A stretch of DNA of 40,561 nt from a virus (lineage: Duplodnaviria; Heunggongvirae; Uroviricota; Caudoviricetes), in the IMG/VR virus record IMGVR_UViG_2734482585_000012; one strand, 5' to 3'. The notes under the pieces are model-generated. The model saw only the letters and a program-made list of their open reading frames with translations. It was not told where the DNA came from and did no database searches. Both the position numbers and the translations under genes were made by a program. This document shows positions 18,387 to 26,625 of the stretch, piece after piece (position 1 is the first letter of the stretch; each line of letters starts with the position of its first letter).

Positions 18387-19844
18387 TTAGGAGCGCCAAA
18401 AAAAACCTGAAAACAATATAATAACAGGATAAATTTCAAGGCGACCAAGAATCATAGCTATGCACATTAAATATTTTGCAATGTCATTAAGCACTCCGAA
18501 TGACGATGCAGTAGCCCCAAAACCTAATCCCATATTATTAATACATGCAGCCACTGTTGCAAATGATGTAAGAAAATCATATCCCATACCATTTAACACC
18601 AGTATAAAAAACACCGTGAAGAGAGTATAAAGAAAAAAGAAACTCCATACAGACCTCATTACACGATCTGTAACTATCTTCCCTCCTACATTTACACTCA
18701 ACAACGCTCTGGGATGAGAAAGCTGATTTATCTCGTGTTTGCTTTGTTTGAAAAGTATAAGAAATCGAAGTGACTTAATTCCACCACAGGTTGAACCTAT
18801 ACATCCCCCAAAGAAACTTGACAACAGCAAAAACACTATCGTGTGCGTGGGCCAGTTTGCATAATCCTGCGTAGCTAAACCATTATCAGTGAGCATGGAG
18901 CTGGCAAGAAAAAACGAATGAATAAAACTTCCATGCAAGTCATACATACCTATATGCCAGACCTGGAAAGAGGTAACAATGATCACCCCTAAGGCTATTA
19001 ACAGAAAGAAACGAAGTTCAATATCTCTGATTAAAGGTTTTATCGTTTTTCTGCTAATAACAATATACCAAAGAGTGAAGTTGAAAGCCGATAGCAGGGA
19101 AAAAGAACCAGCCACCAGCTCAACCAAATAGTTATTAAAATATCCGATACTCTCGCTATGAGTTGAGAAACCACCAAGCGAAACTGTGGAAATCCCGTGA
19201 CAAATAGCATCAAACAAAGGCATTCCTGCAAGTCTATAACAGACAATACAAGCAATACCTAATAAAGAATAAGTTATCCACAGTGTCCGTGACGTATCGG
19301 CCAGGCGGGGAGTGAGTTTGTCATCCTTAAATGGCCCCGGCATTTCTGACTGATAAAGCTTTGCACCACCAATACCCAATAATGGCAATACTGCAACCGC
19401 CAGAACAATAACTCCTAAACCACCTATAAAATTTAACTGTGACCGATAGTACAAATATGCCCGAGGTAATGAACTAACATCATCAATTACAGTTGCTCCT
19501 GTTGTTGTTATTCCAGAAACCCCTTCAAACAGAGCATCAATGAACGTTAAATTAAGTTCTGAGTCAATCCATAAAGGGAATGCACTAATAACAGAAAACA
19601 AAATCCAAAACATTACAATTATAATAAACCCATCACGGGTACGTAATTGAATGCCAGATTTCTTAGTTGTATACCACGCTCCGCCACCAATGCAAAAAAA
19701 TATAACGAAAGTTATAAAGAAAACGAACAGGCTTTTTTCTTTATAAAACAATGCTACAACCATTGGTGGCAACATTGAAAGACTATAGAGCCAAACCAGG
19801 AACCCACACATATGAGTAACAACTCTTACATGAGATGTATTCAT
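18387..19844 (-). CDS. trkG: TrkG/TrkH-family potassium uptake protein
   Basis: 485 aa from MNTSHVRVVTHMCGF…; polytopic membrane protein; the Rac prophage is known to carry trkG; region visibly AT-rich. Confidence 0.9.
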   Translation of the reverse strand: MNTSHVRVVTHMCGFLVWLYSLSMLPPMVVALFYKEKSLFVFFITFVIFFCIGGGAWYTTKKSGIQLRTRDGFIIIVMFWILFSVISAFPLWIDSELNLTFIDALFEGVSGITTTGATVIDDVSSLPRAYLYYRSQLNFIGGLGVIVLAVAVLPLLGIGGAKLYQSEMPGPFKDDKLTPRLADTSRTLWITYSLLGIACIVCYRLAGMPLFDAICHGISTVSLGGFSTHSESIGYFNNYLVELVAGSFSLLSAFNFTLWYIVISRKTIKPLIRDIELRFFLLIALGVIIVTSFQVWHIGMYDLHGSFIHSFFLASSMLTDNGLATQDYANWPTHTIVFLLLSSFFGGCIGSTCGGIKSLRFLILFKQSKHEINQLSHPRALLSVNVGGKIVTDRVMRSVWSFFFLYTLFTVFFILVLNGMGYDFLTSFATVAACINNMGLGFGATASSFGVLNDIAKYLMCIAMILGRLEIYPVIILFSGFFWRS

Positions 19845-19981
19845 ATCTAAATATTCTTTCAATTATAACCACCTTGCTGCAATATTATGATTATACTGTA
19901 TAAAATTTAACTCCTCTTAGATCTTACTTCACTGTTCCTTATGAAACAATCATCAAAATGAATCATATTGTAGTTAAGATT

Positions 19982-20446
19982 TTACTTTAAACACTGCTCG
20001 GTTATGTATTGCTGAGCACCTTCAAGTTGGGCCTGCATCATTACCAGTCGTTCCCGGAGGGTGAAATAATCCCGTTCAGCGGTGTCTGCCAGTCGGGGGG
20101 AGGCTGCATTATCCACGCCGGAGGCGGTGGTGGCTTCACGCACTGACTGACAGACTGCTTTGATGTGCAACCGACGACGACCAGCGGCAACATCATCACG
20201 CAGAGCATCATTTTCAGCTTTCGCATCAGCTAACTCCTTCGTGTATTTTGCATCGAGCGCAGCAACATCACGCTGACGCATCTGCATGTCAGTAATTGCC
20301 GCGTTCGCCAGCTTCAGTTCTCTGGCATTTTTGTCGCGCTGGGCTTTGTAGGTAATGGCGTTATCACGGTAATGATTAACAGCCCATGACAGGCAGACGA
20401 TGATGCAGATAACCAGAGCGGAGATAATCGCGGTTACTCTGTTCAT
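19982..20446 (-). CDS. Spanin inner-membrane subunit Rz
   Basis: 154 aa from [16 protein letters not shown]… with N-terminal TM and coiled-coil; ATGA overlap with endolysin stop. Confidence 0.85.
   Translation of the reverse strand: MNRVTAIISALVICIIVCLSWAVNHYRDNAITYKAQRDKNARELKLANAAITDMQMRQRDVAALDAKYTKELADAKAENDALRDDVAAGRRRLHIKAVCQSVREATTASGVDNAASPRLADTAERDYFTLRERLVMMQAQLEGAQQYITEQCLK
20041..20226 (-). CDS. Spanin outer-membrane lipoprotein Rz1 (embedded in Rz, +1 frame)
   Basis: 61 aa, lipobox VVGC, proline-rich (PPPPP…PPP), entirely nested in Rz. Confidence 0.8.
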   Translation of the reverse strand: MRKLKMMLCVMMLPLVVVGCTSKQSVSQCVKPPPPPAWIMQPPPDWQTPLNGIISPSGNDW

Positions 20447-20892
20447 TGCTGACCCCACAAACAGATTTCACGCTCAATCTCACGACGAGTCATGAGACCT
20501 TTCCATTGCTTACCGCCAGCATATGTCCAGCGACGTAGCTGATCACATGCGCCTTTGATATCGCCCTGGTTTATTTTGCGAAGAAGCGTCGATGTTCTGA
20601 AATTGCCAGCACCCACGTTGTAAACGAATGAGTAAAGAGCGCCGCGCGTTGTTTCCGGTATATCGACTTTGATGTACGGGTTAATTTGTCTGGCGACAGT
20701 GGCAAGGTCTTTATTCAAGAGTGTTTTGCATTCTGCTTTGGTATACGTTTTACCGAGCATGATGTCTTTTCCTGTATGCCCGTGACATACAGTCCATACA
20801 CCAACAATATCTTTGTATGGTATGTAGCTGACACCTTCCAGACCATCGTTACCACTTGGGCCAGTGATTAACACTGATGCTATAGCAATTGC
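20443..20892 (-). CDS. SAR endolysin (P21 R-type lysozyme), 5' end in assembly gap
   Basis: Frame stays open upstream of the ORF-track start up to the gap (…[20 protein letters not shown]…), i.e. a glycine/alanine-rich signal-anchor-release segment precedes the lysozyme catalytic region. Confidence 0.8.
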   Translation of the reverse strand, partial: AIAIASVLITGPSGNDGLEGVSYIPYKDIVGVWTVCHGHTGKDIMLGKTYTKAECKTLLNKDLATVARQINPYIKVDIPETTRGALYSFVYNVGAGNFRTSTLLRKINQGDIKGACDQLRRWTYAGGKQWKGLMTRREIEREICLWGQQ

Positions 20893-21142
20893 NNNNNNNN
20901 NNNNNNNNNNNNNNNNNNNNNNNNNNNNNNNNNNNNNNNNNNNNNNNNNNNNNNNNNNNNNNNNNNNNNNNNNNNNNNNNNNNNNNNNNNNNNNNNNNNN
21001 NNNNNNNNNNNNNNNNNNNNNNNNNNNNNNNNNNNNNNNNNNNNNNNNNNNNNNNNNNNNNNNNNNNNNNNNNNNNNNNNNNNNNNNNNNNNNNNNNNNN
21101 NNNNNNNNNNNNNNNNNNNNNNNNNNNNNNNNNNNNNNNNNN
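20893..21142. other. Assembly gap (250 N)
   Basis: Run of n characters. Confidence 1.
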
Positions 21143-21154
21143 CATGGATTTCAT
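21143..21154 (-). CDS. Holin start (class II/pinholin-like dual-start Met-Lys-Ser-Met), remainder in gap
   Basis: Minus strand reads GGAGGTGAGGCT ATG AAA TCC ATG immediately before the N-run; MKSM dual start recalled from S21-type holins. Confidence 0.5.
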
Positions 21155-21258
21155 AGCCTCACCTCCGCACGGAACGGATGGCATAGTTATTATGTGTAGG
21201 CTTTCAGACACATCAATCAGAGCCTTAATTGATATATATGCTGGAGACGATGCAATAT

Positions 21259-21283
21259 AAAAAGCTCGCCGTAGCGAGCTAAT
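21259..21283 (-). terminator. Intrinsic terminator-like hairpin between lipoprotein gene and lysis cassette
   Basis: agctcgc-cgta-gcgagct perfect 7-bp stem; on minus strand followed by TTTTTATATT. Confidence 0.4.
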
Positions 21284-21405
21284 AAAATGTATTTCTCTGA
21301 TATTATGTTTATTTGTATTAGCTCAGACTTGACATCACAGGTTTCGTATATAGAACATCATCAAATCTGTCAGTTTGCTATGAATGAGATATAGTAATTG
21401 AAGAG

Positions 21406-21801
21406 CTAACCTCGCATGTCAAAGCCAGATTTCTGAAAATCTCTGTAGACTTCCGGATTGTTGAAGGCCGGAAATTTGGCTTTATGAGCTGCGGACTTTA
21501 TCGCTTCGCAATAGGCTTTATCACCGTTACTGGTAGATATTTTTAACGCCGTGCCATCCTGAGAGAATTCCATATGCAACCTGCATTTTTTCCCTTTCCA
21601 GTTATGCGGCTCATCAAGTTTGGCATTAATTGCAGCTCTGATTCCCCGCGCTTGCGCCCCCCATTCATCCTGATCATCCCAGCGTCCTGAACTGCAACTA
21701 CCTGTAGCAGTAGTTTTGTGGCAATCTGAAGGGTGTAAAGGTGTGCATCCCGCAACAAAACCGACCCAAAAAGTCAACATAACGATTTTCTTTAATCCCA
21801 C
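21406..21801 (-). CDS. Lipoprotein with TolA C-terminal (domain III)-like fold
   Basis: 131 aa; signal peptide plus lipobox VAGC; C-terminal region aligns by eye with E. coli TolA domain III, including two conserved Cys. Confidence 0.6.
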   Translation of the reverse strand: MGLKKIVMLTFWVGFVAGCTPLHPSDCHKTTATGSCSSGRWDDQDEWGAQARGIRAAINAKLDEPHNWKGKKCRLHMEFSQDGTALKISTSNGDKAYCEAIKSAAHKAKFPAFNNPEVYRDFQKSGFDMRG

Positions 21802-21951
21802 TTCTTGCTCCTCAATCCATTAAAATCTCAGCAATAGTAGTTGTTACGTCCGCCACTGGCTCAGAGCTGACTATCCGCTAAATTTAGCTCAGTGCCGTAG
21901 CTGTGTCAGAACAAACCTAAGCCGAAACCGTTTATTACAAAACAATAAATA

Positions 21952-22380
21952 TCAGGGTTTAAAATCCAGCACCCCATTTTGAAATACTTTATATACTTCC
22001 GGCGAAGGGGGGGCAGGTATATCAGCATTCTTTATCGCATTCATCGCTTCACGACATAAATCGAGGTCTCCACTTTCTCTTTTAACCTCCAGTAGAAGGC
22101 CATTCGGGGCCATATGCATTCTCAGTGTACACTCTTTTCCTGAATACTTACTCGCATCCCCGAACTGTTTTTCGATGGCGCTCTTGATTTGATGGGCATA
22201 CAGACGGATATCCTCACTAACATCAGAAGTACGTTCAGATGAACTCACATACTGTGTCTCTATTGCTTTATCGGAGTAATATGATGTACGGTCATGATAA
22301 TTTGTCGATACAGCATCAGTGCACCCGATAATAATCCCACTAATAATCAACGTAAGAATTGATGCGCTACGAAAACCCAT
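21952..22380 (-). CDS. Lipoprotein with TolA C-terminal (domain III)-like domain
   Basis: 142 aa; lipobox IIGC; C-terminus …HQIKSAIEKQFGDASKYSGKECTLRMHMAPNGLLLEVK…LCREAMNAIKNADIPAPPSPEVYKVFQNGVLDFKP closely resembles the TolA C-terminus as I recall it. Confidence 0.7.
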   Translation of the reverse strand: MGFRSASILTLIISGIIIGCTDAVSTNYHDRTSYYSDKAIETQYVSSSERTSDVSEDIRLYAHQIKSAIEKQFGDASKYSGKECTLRMHMAPNGLLLEVKRESGDLDLCREAMNAIKNADIPAPPSPEVYKVFQNGVLDFKP

Positions 22381-22971
22381 TTTTCCTCACATATGTCATA
22401 TAGTAAAGGATTATATATACCGTTGTTTTGGACGCTCAAACAGCGAATCAGATCAAATAAAACGCACATTTGTTAACATTTACACAAAGTCTGCGTGGGA
22501 TATTCTGAAAGAATATCCATAATGTGGAGAGAATCTATTGAAGTGCATGGTGCCGGGTGCCTCCCGGTGAACAAAATGTTCGTGATACCTGTCGGCGACA
22601 GAAAAGGTTAATGGTATCACCCCACCGCACAGGGGGATTCACCATGCAGGAGTTTTCTTAGCAAACTCACTGCGCGCCCGGCAACTCCCAACCACATAAA
22701 ATGCGGAGTTTGTGGCATTTATGCATATAACTCGCAGGAATTATCTTAAAAAACTGATGTCGATCCGGATTAAAAAGAAGCAGGTCATCATCAGATGACT
22801 GGAAAAAAGGAAAACAAAAAATACTCATCATACAGTTTTGATTGCAGGGATGAGCCTGCTATGCACAATATGCAGAATATAAGCAAGATAAAAATATGCA
22901 GGCATATTATTTCGGATCTTGTTATTAACACAACCTTTTTAATAATCATTTGGCATACAATAAACCAGCCC

Positions 22972-22997
22972 AAAAAGAACCGCCTAAACAGGCGGTT
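22972..22997 (-). terminator. Terminator-like hairpin (AACCGCC/GGCGGTT) with U-run on minus strand
   Basis: Seen directly: aaccgcctaaacaggcggtt; minus strand followed by CTTTTTG. Confidence 0.3.
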
Positions 22998-23317
22998 GGT
23001 CAATACAAAGGATGCTTCGTCTTTATTATAGTAATCTGAGGCGTCGGGTGTCTTGTATCAGACAACATATTGTCCCGCTAAACAGCGAATTACAAACCAC
23101 CCTGCAATGATCTCTCATCTCATTTTATATGAGTTGACGACATCAGGATAACGCATCATCAGCCCCTGCCAAGAAATATCAAAACTCCCGCCAGCAATGT
23201 GTTATCACAATATTGTAAAAAAAACACAGCACCGAAACTATAACTGGTCTCTGTTATAATTTGGAGCAGAAAGACCAGTTGCCCAACTAGCAGCATTCTC
23301 CCCTGCTTTCCTGACGT

Positions 23318-23344
23318 AAAAAAACCGCATTAAGCGGTTTTTTT
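23318..23344. terminator. Bidirectional intrinsic terminator downstream of Q (candidate tR')
   Basis: aaaaa-aaccgc-attaa-gcggtt-ttttt: 6-bp stem flanked by A-run and T-run, about 80 bp downstream of Q stop on the late strand. Confidence 0.5.
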
Positions 23345-23424
23345 ACGATGTCCATGTCTGCAATCCGCCTCGCGATACAGCTTTGCGAAGCATAGCAAAA
23401 TTGAAGCAGTTTATACGTAAGAAA
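23345..23424 (-). promoter_or_regulatory. Putative late promoter PR' / Q-utilisation region
   Basis: Position between Q stop and tR'; minus strand contains TTGATT-17 bp-TTCAAT; weak call. Confidence 0.25.
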
Positions 23425-23967
23425 TCAAGCCATTTTCTCAGCAAATGATTCACGCATGGGAATATATAGGGCATACTCAGCAACAGCTAACCAATTAGCA
23501 ATCCGTTTTTCGCATGTGCTAAAACACCACTCTGGGTGTGCATCATTTAGCAATTCAGCCATTTTGCGCTTAGTCATCCCCCGCCCTTCATAGCGTTGCC
23601 GGAGAATGCAAATCAATCCTGGATGCTCTGCCAGCACCTCACTTATGACTCGATCAATACATAACGCCTCTGCATCAGTACAATGCGCCAGCCAGCTCTT
23701 TTGCTTGCCGTTGATCATCTCTCGCAAAAACGCTTCCAGCTCAGCTTTCTCTATTCCCGCTTTTTTCATTCTGCGCAGGGCTTCATTAATGGCTGTTTTC
23801 GTCAGTTTTTTGGATGCCAACAACTGATTGAACATATTCCCTGACCTGCCACCGCCAATATACGACCAGCGCCCCCACATACGTAGTTTTCCCTGAATCC
23901 AGACACTTTCCAGCGTGGTGAGGCGAAGGTGTTCTCCGCTTTTTCCTGTATTCGTTGGGTAAATCAT
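23425..23967 (-). CDS. Late-gene antiterminator Q
   Basis: 180 aa with LRMWGRW motif resembling the Q-family signature; position immediately upstream of the late promoter/terminator and lysis genes. Confidence 0.75.
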   Translation of the reverse strand: MIYPTNTGKSGEHLRLTTLESVWIQGKLRMWGRWSYIGGGRSGNMFNQLLASKKLTKTAINEALRRMKKAGIEKAELEAFLREMINGKQKSWLAHCTDAEALCIDRVISEVLAEHPGLICILRQRYEGRGMTKRKMAELLNDAHPEWCFSTCEKRIANWLAVAEYALYIPMRESFAEKMA

Positions 23968-24254
23968 AAATGACCTTTCTTTCTCCAGATTTCTTGTGTG
24001 CGAAAAACCCCTTCAGCATGCATCAGGCGCAATTCTTCTTTGGTGTAATCGCTGGTTTTTACCCGCCCGTCGATTAGATCGTGGCATGAGCTACAGGCTA
24101 TCGCCGCCTGCATATCATGTGGTTTTGTCGCTGTTCCGCACGTCCCCGCCAGCCTGTAATGCGCCAGCACAGAGGTTTCGGGATTGTGATTGCAGTAGCC
24201 AGGGATTCTGATCTGGCACATCTGGCCTTTAGCCGCTTTACGTAAATTCACCAT
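23964..24254 (-). CDS. DUF1364-family Cys-rich nin-region protein (YbcO-like)
   Basis: 96 aa; CQIRIPGYCNHNPETSVLAHYRL…CSSCHD resembles DLP12 YbcO as I recall it. Confidence 0.55.
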   Translation of the reverse strand: MVNLRKAAKGQMCQIRIPGYCNHNPETSVLAHYRLAGTCGTATKPHDMQAAIACSSCHDLIDGRVKTSDYTKEELRLMHAEGVFRTQEIWRKKGHL

Positions 24255-24853
24255 TACGCAAACTCCAGTAGTTGTGCGGCCACATTTTCAACTTCCTCCT
24301 GAGAGGAGAATTTACGGAACAGAATCCAGTTCCACAGCACATTCAGTACAGATTTATAAACCTGCTGAAACTCGACTTCGTCCATATTCGCAAAAGCGAT
24401 GGATTTTGCCCGACGCCCACGGCTACCGTCCGGATAAATATGCTCGGTGTAAAATCCGGCCTGAATGGTTACCCACTCGCGGAAAGCCTCAAACGACTTT
24501 AGCAACGCCGTATCCCGGGTTCTACGAGTCGCAACGGTGTTAAGGTATTGCTCTGCGGCATCACTCAGGGCTGGCGTGTGTTCCCGACCAACTGATTCGC
24601 ACAGGTAATCAACGAAACCAGACAGCAGTTCTCGTTCGCGAGGCGTGATCGCCCCACCGACCGGAGTCCAGTAATCGAATCCCAGTTGCAGGAGTTTGAA
24701 AAAACGCTTGTGGAATGCGTAGTTACGCACACGCTTAAAGTCTGCGTGTATCCACTCACCTATTTTGATTTGATGCAGAAAATCGCAACTCTCCGGCGTC
24801 GCCGGGAGAAGTAAACCAGAAGAGGTTTGTTTGACCAGTTGTATATGCGCCAT
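24254..24853 (-). CDS. Conserved nin-region phage protein, function unknown
   Basis: 199-aa ORF translationally coupled to the downstream gene; no motif recognised. Confidence 0.5.
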   Translation of the reverse strand: MAHIQLVKQTSSGLLLPATPESCDFLHQIKIGEWIHADFKRVRNYAFHKRFFKLLQLGFDYWTPVGGAITPRERELLSGFVDYLCESVGREHTPALSDAAEQYLNTVATRRTRDTALLKSFEAFREWVTIQAGFYTEHIYPDGSRGRRAKSIAFANMDEVEFQQVYKSVLNVLWNWILFRKFSSQEEVENVAAQLLEFA

Positions 24854-25133
24854 TTCTCAATCTCTCGATGGCGCAGCGCAGCAGATGCCAGTTGTTCAGG
24901 CTGACGAATAAAGTATAAATAAACTGGCTATGGTGTAAAGCCCCACATAGCATGAACAAACACTACATATCAAATAGCTGGTACAAGGATAGAAATACGA
25001 CACTTATTATTAAAAACGATTAGATAAATTACATTTTAATGTTATGCAAAAGTTCTTTTTTATCATAACATTTCAATAAAAGCATTACAGATGCAATCAT
25101 CCCGTCATCATCAATTATTTAAGGTGGTTAAAC

Positions 25134-25220
25134 ATGGAAAATAACAAGTTCGCACATCTCGCTCCTTTTTTATCCGTAATCCTTTTCGCTTGTTGTTTTA
25201 TATGGGCATTATTTTTATAA
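25134..25220 (+). CDS. Small hydrophobic peptide (28 aa), candidate membrane peptide
   Basis: Strong SD AAGGTGG 6 nt before ATG; reads MENNKFAHLAPFLSVILFACCFIWALFL; AT-rich moron context; below ORF-track size cutoff. Confidence 0.3.
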   Translation: MENNKFAHLAPFLSVILFACCFIWALFL

Positions 25221-25611
25221 AGTAGCCACATGATAAGTTGCTGGAATCATATTTCCCACTCAAGTCATTAACATTTGATAAGATATATCTAAAAGGACGC
25301 CTTTACATTATTTATGCGTATATAATTTATTTATATACACAGTAAAGGTATCCTGGGAAAATATTTATCGTTAAAAAATACATCATAAATAATTAAGCTG
25401 AAATTTCAGAACACAACTAATACACACAATAAGGTTCAGTAACAGTAATCTATGTGGACTACATCGAGATTTTTTGATTAAACTTTAATAACTTATTCCT
25501 AACACACAGAATGCATAAACTAAAAGTAAAACAAATAGTTATACGAAAAACAACCATATTTATTCTATCTTCTCCTCTAATCAACATATCAATTATGTGT
25601 TTCATAACAGC

Positions 25612-25654
25612 TTGACATAACCCTCCAAAAGATGCATTTTTAATGCATGTTTTG
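25612..25654 (+). promoter_or_regulatory. Promoter (-35 TTGACA) with NsrR-box-like inverted repeat upstream of the yeaR-like gene
   Basis: TTGACA at 25612-25617, then AAAGATGCATTTTTAATGCATGTTTT; close to the NsrR consensus as I recall it (about AAGATGCATTT-N-AAATGCATCTT). Confidence 0.5.
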
Positions 25655-25666
25655 GAGGAGGTGGTT

Positions 25667-26005
25667 ATGACACACAAGAGAATTCCTAAAGATTGGGTAA
25701 TCAAACGCTCAACTCCGTTCTTCACAAAAGAGAACGTACCTTCAGCGTTATTAACACATCATAATACAGCAGCAGGTGTTTTTGGGCAGTTGTGCGTAAT
25801 GGAAGGCACTGTAACATATTATGGTTTTACTGATGAGAATGCTACTGAACCGGAGATAAAAGTAGTCATTAATGCTGGCGCTTTTGCAACAAGCCCACCA
25901 CAATACTGGCACCGTGTTGAACTAAGCGATGATGCTCAGTTTAATATTAACTTTTGGGTCGCTCCAGACTTTTCGGGCGAAAAAGTCTATAGCACCAAAA
26001 AATAG
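25667..26005 (+). CDS. YeaR-like DUF1971 protein (cupin-like; NsrR-regulon paralog)
   Basis: 112 aa from MTHKRIPKDWVIKRSTPFF… with SD GGAGGAGG; resembles E. coli YeaR along its length as I recall it. Confidence 0.75.
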   Translation: MTHKRIPKDWVIKRSTPFFTKENVPSALLTHHNTAAGVFGQLCVMEGTVTYYGFTDENATEPEIKVVINAGAFATSPPQYWHRVELSDDAQFNINFWVAPDFSGEKVYSTKK

Positions 26006-26034
26006 ATGATCATATTAAAAATGCTTTAACAGTC

Positions 26035-26073
26035 AGACCCGGCAGGGCTATCCCCGACGGGTCTCATTTTTGT
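26035..26073 (+). terminator. Intrinsic terminator after the yeaR-like gene
   Basis: agacccg…cgggtct 7-bp stem followed by CATTTTTGT. Confidence 0.5.
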
Positions 26074-26625
26074 AAATATATTGGTTCTACATTGACAGGA
26101 GACTTCAACCATAAGAAGTAATCTGAATACTTGAGCAATAAATTTACTTAAGATTAATGAGCGCACCTTGCCGGACAAAGATAAACCAAGGTAACACCTT
26201 TTTTCTAGCCAGTATGTAATCAATCAGAAAGCCGCTCCATAAGAACAACAGCAAGACAATAAATTGCCATTACAGCCGCAATAGCCAGCGCACATTTGAG
26301 AACCAGCACGACAACCCCCTGTATTAGACGCACACCAGTCCTGATAAATATGAGGCTGTCTCGTCAGTGATTCAATACAACTATTGGGTATAGTTTCTGT
26401 GATTTTATTCTGTAGAAATGGAACACAACAACCAGTCACCACCAGCACTTCCTTAAATGCTCTAAGTCAGAAACAAGCCAACATTTTAGTCCGCTTTGAG
26501 CGATCTGCAGACATTGCTAGCAGCCTTCTGTGTGAATTCTCAGGGAGCAGGTCGGCATAGCATCACGTTGAGGCTCTTACCCTACTTGTTCACACCAACC
26601 CTAACTCCACAGACTGATTCATAAA

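Noticed and set aside
18167-18448. 93-aa ORF overlapping the trkG 3' end / ParB upstream region
   Set aside because: Overlaps the trkG stop region; hydrophobic low-complexity translation without SD. Likely spurious.
20864-21260. Plus-strand ORFs 20864..21199 and 20889..21260 spanning the second N-run
   Set aside because: Open only because N codons are never stops; antisense to the holin/endolysin region.
22400-23300. Possible tRNA genes or additional morons downstream of Q (ORFs 22791..23003 minus, 22795..23031 plus)
   Set aside because: I scanned for tRNA hallmarks (GGTTCGA/GTTCAAAT T-arm with acceptor stems) and found none; the two ORFs are mutually overlapping, AT-rich and low-complexity with no SD. 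Left unannotated.
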